The notes under the pieces: model-generated | Databases searched by the model: none | The model's input: only the letters and a program-made list of their open reading frames with translations | Told to the model about the DNA's origin: nothing | IMG/VR virus record: IMGVR_UViG_3300020030_000101 | Span: 1 to 6,264 of that record | DNA length: 6,264 nt | Strand: one strand, 5' to 3' | Source of the DNA: a virus | Position numbers and translations under genes: made by a program | Shown: piece after piece, positions 1-5,457 of the stretch | Numbering within the stretch: the stretch's first letter is position 1 | Layout: each line of letters begins with the position of its first letter

Positions 1-121
1 GTTGAACGCACTTTTAAGGACCCCGAAGTTCGGTTTTCTTATCCTATGAAACCTAGTGAGCTTTTGTCTATTCTTGGAAAGATTAAGCATAATGTTCCCA
101 ATAGGATTCCTTATGTTTGTA
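1..121. repeat. Terminal redundancy (left copy), the overlap produced when a circular genome is written linearly
   Basis: By eye, gttgaacgcacttttaaggaccccgaag...ccttatgtttgta at 1..121 is identical to 6144..6264. The repeat lies inside an open reading frame that runs continuously across the junction. Confidence 0.9.
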
Positions 122-1338
122 ATCGTGACCTCGATTTGTTTTTAAAACGTTTAAGAAGTTACTACCCGGATGAAAAATTACGTTACTACGCTGTATCAGA
201 ATATGGCCCTACCAGCTTCCGCCCGCATTGGCATTTGTTATTGTTTTCCAATTCCGAACGATTCTCGCAAACTGTTCTTGAAAATGTATCTAAAGCTTGG
301 TCTTACGGACGTTGTGATGCATCACTCTCGAGAGGATTCGCAGCACCGTATGTTGCGTCGTATGTTAACAGTTTTGTCGCTTTACCCGACTTTTATACTC
401 AAATGCCAAAAGTGGTGCGACCTAAATCCTTCCATTCCATTGGATTTACAGAATCAAATCTCTTTCCTCGAAAGGTACGAATTGCCGAAATTGACGCAGT
501 TACCAATAAGTGCCTTAATGGAGTCCGCGTTGAGCGCGATGGTTATTTTCGCACAATTAAACCTACATGGCCGTATCTCCTTCGACTATTCCCCCGATTT
601 TCGAACGCTATTCGTCAATCTCCATCGAGTATTTACCAATTATTATATTCTGCGTTCACTGCGCCCGGGCGAGTCATTCGTAGCGGATGTGCAGATATAA
701 CTTGTGACCCTTTTAACGAGAATGCTCCATCTAAACAGAGTATTTTGTCTTTTTGTAAATATTATTTAAATTATGTGGATAATTATGGAAAATCAAATGA
801 ACTTAATAACTTCCTCTCTCCTCAGGCGAATCTACCGCATAGTGATATTCTCATTCTTACTGAATGTCGTTTGTACGATGGTGTTGATTTGGAAGCTACT
901 CATCGTCTCTCCCGCGTATACCGCTTTTTCCTCGGAATTGCGAAATTTATTCGAACATATTCAACAGACGGATGCTCGGAACTTTTCTGGTCCAGCGGCA
1001 CTCCTGGAGGAGAACTCTTTGGACGAGAAAGGTTCTTGCGCATTATTTCCGAGAAAATAGTTAATTTTTGGAATCGTTACGAGTACAGCCGTCTTGTGGA
1101 TTTCTATCAGACTTTGGAAGACTCCAATGATAAGGATTTGGTAGACTTTGAGCTTCGTAACTATTCTTTCCGTTATAATAGACCTCCTGAGAATAAGGAA
1201 AAACCTTATCATGAGCTCCCTCTTGTTCGTCGTTTGGCTGCCGCGGCTTTGATGAAATGTCGGGATAAGGTTAAACACAAGAGGCTTAACGATTTGTCAG
1301 GTGTTTTTTCTTATCAGGATGAGCCTGAAATTGTTTAA
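1..1338 (+). CDS. VP4: Replication initiation protein VP4, C-terminal part (continuation of 5763..6143). The joined product is about 572 aa.
   Basis: The frame is open from base 1 (VERTFKDPEVRFSYP precedes the Met at 46 used by the ORF track). HUH-type motif 2, RPHWHLLLF, has HWH at 226..234. Motif 3, APYVASYVNS, has two Tyr residues three residues apart (349..351 and 361..363), like the catalytic Tyr pair of phiX174 gpA. Stop TAA at 1336..1338. Confidence 0.9.
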   Translation, partial: VERTFKDPEVRFSYPMKPSELLSILGKIKHNVPNRIPYVCNRDLDLFLKRLRSYYPDEKLRYYAVSEYGPTSFRPHWHLLLFSNSERFSQTVLENVSKAWSYGRCDASLSRGFAAPYVASYVNSFVALPDFYTQMPKVVRPKSFHSIGFTESNLFPRKVRIAEIDAVTNKCLNGVRVERDGYFRTIKPTWPYLLRLFPRFSNAIRQSPSSIYQLLYSAFTAPGRVIRSGCADITCDPFNENAPSKQSILSFCKYYLNYVDNYGKSNELNNFLSPQANLPHSDILILTECRLYDGVDLEATHRLSRVYRFFLGIAKFIRTYSTDGCSELFWSSGTPGGELFGRERFLRIISEKIVNFWNRYEYSRLVDFYQTLEDSNDKDLVDFELRNYSFRYNRPPENKEKPYHELPLVRRLAAAALMKCRDKVKHKRLNDLSGVFSYQDEPEIV

Positions 1339-1357
1339 TTGTTAAATTGTTTTTTTT

Positions 1358-3211
1358 ATGGCTTCTTACACAGGAATGTCCAACCTCCAGAATCACCCTC
1401 ACCGTTCTGGATTTGATATTGGACGTAAAAATGCATTTACTGCGAAAGTTGGTGAGCTTCTTCCCGTTTATTGGGATATTTCCATGCCCGGTGATAAGTA
1501 CAAGTTCAACATTGAGTATTTCACCCGTACCCAGCCCGTTGAAACTTCTGCTTATACCCGTTTGCGTGAATATTTTGATTTTTATGCTGTGCCGTTGCGC
1601 CTTCTTTGGAAGTCTGCGCCTTCTGTGTTGACTCAAATGCAGGATATCAATCAGATTCAGGCTTTGTCTTTGACTCAGAATTTGTCGCTTGGTACTTATC
1701 TCCCTTCTATCTCTCTTTCTCAGCTTGGTGTTGTTCTTTCCCGACTTAATGGAGGGAATTATAGCCCTGGAAGCTCTTCGTCTTTGGTAAATATGTTTGG
1801 TTTTTCTCGTGGAGATTTGTCTTTTAAGTTGTTGAGTTATCTTGGTTATGGTAATGTTGTTAATACTCTACCTTCTCCTGGCAATCGTTGGTGGTCTACT
1901 TCTTTAACGAGGAATGTTGATTCAAAGAGTTATACTCAGCAATATATACAAAATGTCTATGTAAATGTTTTCCCTCTTCTTGCTTATCAGAAGATTTATC
2001 AGGATTTTTTCCGTTGGTCTCAGTGGGAAAATGCTAATCCTTCTTCTTATAATGTAGACTATTTTACGGGTATTTCTCCTACTTTAATTTCTTCTTCGAA
2101 TATTCCTGCTGTGGATTCTGCCTATTGGAAATCTAATACAATATTTGACCTCAAATATTGCAACTGGAACAAGGATATGCTGATGGGTGTTCTTCCGAAT
2201 TCTCAGTTTGGAGATGTTGCTGTAATTGACCTTCCCTCTTCAGTTTCTAATGTTCAGGTTGCTGATACTTCTGGAACTCTTCATCCCGTTGGTACTGCGA
2301 CTGTTATGAGTAAAGGGATTGCTACTTCTCCTATTGGTGTTAATTTGTCTTCTGGAGGAACTATAAATGCTGGTTCTCTTCTTTCTGTCAATGTGCAGGA
2401 TATTGCTTCTAAATTTACGGTTCTCGCTCTTCGCCAAGCCGAAGCTCTTCAACGTTGGAAAGAAGTCAGTCAATCTGGAGATAGTGATTATCGTGAACAG
2501 ATTCGTAAACATTTTGGTGTGAACTTGCCTCAAGCTCTTTCTAATATGTGTACCTATATTGGTGGTATCTCTCGCAACCTTGATATCAGTGAGGTTGTCA
2601 ATAATAACCTTGCTGCCGAAGGTAATACTGCTGTTATTGCTGGTAAAGGAGTTGGTGCTGGTGACGGTTCATTTACTTATACTACCAATGAACATTGTGT
2701 TGTTATGTGTATTTATCATGCTGTTCCCTTGCTTGATTATACAATTACTGGTCAAGACGGACAGTTGCTTGTCACTGATGCTGAAAGCCTTCCGATTCCT
2801 GAGTTTGATAATATTGGCATGGAGGTTCTTCCTATGACGCAAATTTTCAACTCCCCTCAAGCTTCTATTGTTAATCTATTTAATGCAGGTTATAATCCTC
2901 GTTATTTTAATTGGAAAACTAAACTTGATGTTGTTAATGGCGCGTTTACCACTACTCTCAAGTCTTGGGTTTCTCCTGTTACCGAATCTCTTCTTTCTGG
3001 TTGGTTTGGCTCTGGTTATGATGAAGGCGATGTTAACGAGAGTACTCGCGTTGTCTTGAATTATAAGTTCTTCAAGGTTAATCCTTCTGTTCTTGACCCC
3101 ATTTTTGGTGTCAATGCTGATTCTACCTGGGACACTGACCAGCTTTTGGTCAATTCCTATATCGGCTGCTATGTTGCCCGTAATTTGTCTCGTGATGGTG
3201 TACCTTACTAA
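1358..3211 (+). CDS. VP1: Major capsid protein VP1 (Microviridae F-protein family), 617 aa
   Basis: The N-terminus MASYTGMSNLQNHPHRSGFDIGRKNAFTAKVGELLPVYWDISMPGDKYKFNIEYFTRTQPVETSAYTRLREYFDFYAVPLRLLW matches my memory of the conserved microvirus capsid N-terminal block. The C-terminal RYFNWK...VNPSVLDPIF block also fits. It is the longest ORF and uses strongly NNT-biased codons. Confidence 0.92.
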   Translation: MASYTGMSNLQNHPHRSGFDIGRKNAFTAKVGELLPVYWDISMPGDKYKFNIEYFTRTQPVETSAYTRLREYFDFYAVPLRLLWKSAPSVLTQMQDINQIQALSLTQNLSLGTYLPSISLSQLGVVLSRLNGGNYSPGSSSSLVNMFGFSRGDLSFKLLSYLGYGNVVNTLPSPGNRWWSTSLTRNVDSKSYTQQYIQNVYVNVFPLLAYQKIYQDFFRWSQWENANPSSYNVDYFTGISPTLISSSNIPAVDSAYWKSNTIFDLKYCNWNKDMLMGVLPNSQFGDVAVIDLPSSVSNVQVADTSGTLHPVGTATVMSKGIATSPIGVNLSSGGTINAGSLLSVNVQDIASKFTVLALRQAEALQRWKEVSQSGDSDYREQIRKHFGVNLPQALSNMCTYIGGISRNLDISEVVNNNLAAEGNTAVIAGKGVGAGDGSFTYTTNEHCVVMCIYHAVPLLDYTITGQDGQLLVTDAESLPIPEFDNIGMEVLPMTQIFNSPQASIVNLFNAGYNPRYFNWKTKLDVVNGAFTTTLKSWVSPVTESLLSGWFGSGYDEGDVNESTRVVLNYKFFKVNPSVLDPIFGVNADSTWDTDQLLVNSYIGCYVARNLSRDGVPY

Positions 3212-3226
3212 TTTTTTGTTTTGATT

Positions 3227-3709
3227 ATGATAGGAAAATTTAATTGTTTGAACAGTCTGGAACAAGGTTCCGGTCTTGTTCCCGATGTTTCTCCGGATGC
3301 TTTTGCAGTTGCTCCCGAATTTGATTCTACCGAACAGCTTCGCGTTGAAATTTATGATAATGAAGAGGATTGTCCGGTGCGTTACACTTCTGATATTTGT
3401 TTAATTCTTCATACCAAGGACTTGGCTTCTCGTGCCGGTCTTGCTGTTGCCTCCAAGTTCGGACAGAGCAAGCAATCTGCCTCTCAAATTCAGCAGATTA
3501 TGGACAAGATGTCTGATGATGACCTTTTGTCAACGGTTCGTTCCCGGCATGTTCAGGCTCCTTCTGAAATTATTGCTTGGTCTAAAGAGTTGTCGGCTTA
3601 TGCTGAAAACCTTGAATCTCAAGCACAAGAATTGATTGAAACTGAAACTGCTAGACAAGAAGCAGAAAAGGCGTCTGCTGCTCCCGCCGGTTCTGCTTCC
3701 CTTGAATAA
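3227..3709 (+). CDS. Acidic 160-aa protein, putative internal scaffolding protein (VP3-like)
   Basis: ORF 3221..3709 in the track starts at TTG; the first ATG is at 3227. It sits between VP1 and VP2, and its stop overlaps the VP2 start (TAATG at 3707..3711). The protein is rich in Asp/Glu with a predicted helical C-terminus (SEIIAWSKELSAYAENLESQAQELIETETARQEAEKA). The functional call rests only on position and composition. Confidence 0.6.
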   Translation: MIGKFNCLNSLEQGSGLVPDVSPDAFAVAPEFDSTEQLRVEIYDNEEDCPVRYTSDICLILHTKDLASRAGLAVASKFGQSKQSASQIQQIMDKMSDDDLLSTVRSRHVQAPSEIIAWSKELSAYAENLESQAQELIETETARQEAEKASAAPAGSASLE

Positions 3710-4770
3710 TGGGTCTTTTTGGTTCAATCACTGGTGGTCTTCTTGGCATTGGTTCTTCTGCTATTCAGAATTCTCAGAATAGACAAAATGTCCGGGAGAC
3801 TAACCAGATGAACTATAAAATAAATCAGATGAACAATCAGTTTAACGAGCGTATGGCTATGCAGCAGCGTGATTTTCAGGAAAATATGTGGAATAAGGAA
3901 AACGCATATAATACTGCTTCCGCGCAACGTCAACGTCTTGAAGAAGCTGGTTTAAACCCTTATCTGATGATGAATGGTGGTTCTGCTGGTGTCGCTCAGT
4001 CAGCTGGTCCCGGCGCTTCTGCTTCTTCTTCTGGTTCTGCCATCATGCAACCTTTCCAGGCTGATTATTCTGGTGTCCAGCAGGCTATTGGTTCTGTGTT
4101 TCAGTCCCAGGTTCAGCAAGCCCAGGTTTCACAGTTGCAAGGACAGAAAAACCTTGCGGATGCCCAGGCTATGCAGGCTCTTTCTAATGTTGATTGGTCA
4201 AAAATGACGAAAGAAACTCGTGAGTACTTGAAGGCTACCGGCTTGGCACGCGCTCAGCTTGGTTATTCCAAGGAAATGCAGGAACTTGATAATATGGCTT
4301 TTGCCGGACGTCTTCTCCAGGCACAAGGTACCTCCCAGTTGCTTGATGCTGAAGCCAAGACCGTTCTTAACAAGTATCTTGACCAACAGCAGCAGGCTGA
4401 TTTGAATGTCAAGGCTTCTGAATATTATAATCAGATGTCTCATGGTCATTTGAACTATAACCAGGCCAAGAAGGTTCTTGCTGACGAGGTATTGACTTAT
4501 GCCCGTGCCAAAGGTCAGAAAATCAGTAATAAGGTTGCTGAAGCTACTGCCGATTCTTTGATTCGTGCTTCTAATGCTTCAAATCACTCTAATGCTGAAT
4601 TTGAGCTCGAAGCAGCTAAATTCAATCGTGAGCGCGCCCGTTCTCGTAGTATTGAGGACTGGTATCGTTCCCGTAATGAAGGCAAGAAATATAAGTATTA
4701 TGACGCTGATAAGGCTGTTCATTATGGTACTTCTATTGGTAATACTATAGGAAACTTTCTGCCCTGGTAG
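3709..4770 (+). CDS. VP2: Minor capsid / DNA pilot protein VP2, 353 aa
   Basis: Gly-rich hydrophobic N-terminus (MGLFGSITGGLLGIGSSAIQ). The block NTASAQRQRLEEAGLNPYLMM resembles the conserved (A/K)AGLNP motif I recall from microvirus VP2 proteins. A long Gln/Ala-rich, probably coiled-coil middle region is followed by a basic C-terminus. The position after VP1 and the scaffold-like gene fits. Confidence 0.8.
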   Translation: MGLFGSITGGLLGIGSSAIQNSQNRQNVRETNQMNYKINQMNNQFNERMAMQQRDFQENMWNKENAYNTASAQRQRLEEAGLNPYLMMNGGSAGVAQSAGPGASASSSGSAIMQPFQADYSGVQQAIGSVFQSQVQQAQVSQLQGQKNLADAQAMQALSNVDWSKMTKETREYLKATGLARAQLGYSKEMQELDNMAFAGRLLQAQGTSQLLDAEAKTVLNKYLDQQQQADLNVKASEYYNQMSHGHLNYNQAKKVLADEVLTYARAKGQKISNKVAEATADSLIRASNASNHSNAEFELEAAKFNRERARSRSIEDWYRSRNEGKKYKYYDADKAVHYGTSIGNTIGNFLPW

Positions 4771-4792
4771 TACTTTTGTTTGTTGTGTGTTT

Positions 4793-4827
4793 ACCCGGCT
4801 CGTAGTGATACGCGTCGGGTTTTGTTG
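4793..4827 (+). terminator. Intrinsic-terminator-like hairpin with a T-tract just downstream of VP2
   Basis: ACCCGGC-t-CGTA [GTGA] TACG-c-GTCGGGT gives 7 bp (one G-T wobble), one mismatch, then 4 bp, capped by a GNRA-type tetraloop. It is followed directly by TTTTGTTG and begins 23 nt after the VP2 stop. Confidence 0.5.
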
Positions 4828-4878
4828 CTTGGAGTAACTCCCGGCAACCGCGCGTAGCGTGGTTATACAAGTCCTAGA

Positions 4879-4902
4879 TTTTGGCGGTTTTGTCCGCTAA
4901 AA
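4879..4902. repeat. Inverted repeat / hairpin, 9-bp stem (one G-T wobble), 6-nt loop
   Basis: TTTTGGCGG (4879..4887) pairs with CCGCTAAAA (4894..4902). The loop is TTTTGT. Confidence 0.7.
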
Positions 4903-4918
4903 TCGTGAGTCGAAGACT

Positions 4919-4978
4919 CTAAATATAAGAACACACATGAAGGGAGCATAGCGACCGTTGCTAAACACCTAAATATAA
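4919..4978. repeat. 10-nt exact direct repeat CTAAATATAA, two copies starting 50 nt apart
   Basis: Copies lie at 4919..4928 and 4969..4978, flanking a short segment that also repeats AACAC-type strings. Confidence 0.6.
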
Positions 4979-5010
4979 ATTGGCGAAGCCTACATGAGTT
5001 TGCCCGTAGG

Positions 5011-5035
5011 GAAAGCGATTTACCCCATCGCTTTC
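5011..5035. repeat. Perfect 9-bp inverted repeat forming a hairpin with a 7-nt loop
   Basis: GAAAGCGAT (5011..5019) and ATCGCTTTC (5027..5035) are exact reverse complements. The loop is TTACCCC. Confidence 0.8.
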
Positions 5036-5126
5036 AACCTTCTCTTGTCTTATATACGCAAACTCACAGACCAGCCTTCCACCCGCATAGCTTATTGTTT
5101 ATTAATGTTAATAATATATGCTCATA

Positions 5127-5159
5127 TTTGTTTTTTTCAAATTTTTATTTGTACCTTTG
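5127..5159 (+). promoter_or_regulatory. Bacteroidetes-type promoter: -33 TTTG, 21-nt spacer, -7 TAccTTTG
   Basis: TTTG lies at 5127..5130 and TACCTTTG at 5152..5159. This matches the Bacteroides primary-sigma consensus as I recall it (TTTG, 19-21 nt, TAnnTTTG). It sits in an AT-rich tract about 45 nt upstream of the first ATG of the small-gene/VP4 block. Confidence 0.55.
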
Positions 5160-5201
5160 CTTTGTCTTTAAAACCAATGTATAATTAAAATTTTAAATGT
5201 T

Positions 5202-5375
5202 ATGGAAAAGTATTATCTGTGCTCTGTTCAATCGAAGGTTGACCCTAATCAGAATGAGACTATTCTTGTTCTCGTTGACGAAGTTTCTGAATTTGTTTCT
5301 TCGCATCTTCGCCCTGATTGTGTTCTTATTATTTCTCATTGTTCAACTTTTAAAGCAATTTCTGATGAAAAGTGA
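5202..5375 (+). CDS. Hypothetical 57-aa protein (below the ORF-track length cutoff)
   Basis: My translation is MEKYYLCSVQSKVDPNQNETILVLVDEVSEFVSSHLRPDCVLIISHCSTFKAISDEK, ending at TGA 5373..5375. By my count about 35 of 57 codons end in T, the same bias as VP1 and VP2. ATG 5202 is the first ATG after an in-frame TAA at 5169 and lies just downstream of the predicted promoter. The amino-acid composition is balanced, unlike the overlapping 85-aa frame. Confidence 0.55.
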   Translation: MEKYYLCSVQSKVDPNQNETILVLVDEVSEFVSSHLRPDCVLIISHCSTFKAISDEK

Positions 5376-5454
5376 AACTAAATCTAAAATCTGGGCTGCT
5401 GTTATTGCAGCTGCTGTCAGCCTTCTTACGTCTATTGCCAAAATTTTTTCGTAG
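5365..5454 (+). CDS. Putative 29-aa single-pass membrane peptide (candidate holin-like lysis accessory)
   Basis: MKSETKSKIWAAVIAAAVSLLTSIAKIFS has a charged N-terminus followed by about 17 hydrophobic residues. About half of its codons end in T. Its ATG overlaps the last codons of the 57-aa ORF, and its stop TAG (5452..5454) lies 3 nt before the peptidase ATG. It is the only part of track ORF 5197..5454 that is not a shadow of the 57-aa frame. Confidence 0.4.
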   Translation: MKSETKSKIWAAVIAAAVSLLTSIAKIFS

Positions 5455-5457
5455 ATT

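Larger units (their letters stand above)
4771..5126. other. Long noncoding region with relatively high GC content and many hairpins
   Basis: NNT codon periodicity is lost and there is no convincing ORF. Stem-loops: 4793..4820; 4831..4841 (GGAG taa CTCC); 4846..4864 (AACCGCG cgtag CGTGGTT); 4879..4902 (TTTTGGCGG ttttgt CCGCTAAAA); 4907..4919 (GAGTC gaa GACTC); 5011..5035 (GAAAGCGAT ttacccc ATCGCTTTC). Confidence 0.75.

Noticed and set aside
1-121. Terminal repeats read as LTR or ITR of a mobile element, or as a genuine biological direct repeat
   Set aside because: The repeat is direct, exact, and internal to a continuous ORF. The simplest explanation is a circular genome assembled with overlapping ends. 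No transposase or integrase is present.
46-1338. Met 46 as the true start of the Rep protein
   Set aside because: The frame is open upstream to base 1 and continues from 5763 across the circular junction. A start at 46 would remove Rep motif 1 (FVTLTY) and the Cys cluster. An internal in-frame product like phiX174 A* is possible, but nothing in the sequence supports it.
4994-5188. 64-aa ORF in the noncoding block (MSLPVGKAIYPIAFNLLL...)
   Set aside because: It runs straight through the perfect hairpin at 5011..5035 and the predicted promoter. It has weaker NNT bias than the genuine genes, ends in a homopolymeric AT-rich tract, and resembles nothing I recognise. I cannot fully exclude a small membrane protein, but regulatory DNA is the simpler reading.
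5362-5378. Hammerhead-ribozyme-like core strings, CTGATGA followed by GAAAC
   Set aside because: Only 5 nt separate the two boxes, too few to form helix II. I could find no flanking helices I or III. The strings lie within coding sequence, so this is most likely chance.
5197-5454. 85-aa ORF taken as a single two-transmembrane holin
   Set aside because: Its first two thirds are the shifted-frame shadow of the better-supported 57-aa ORF at 5202..5375. Only the last 29 codons, from Met 5365, look independently coding. I kept it as an alternative hypothesis in the findings.
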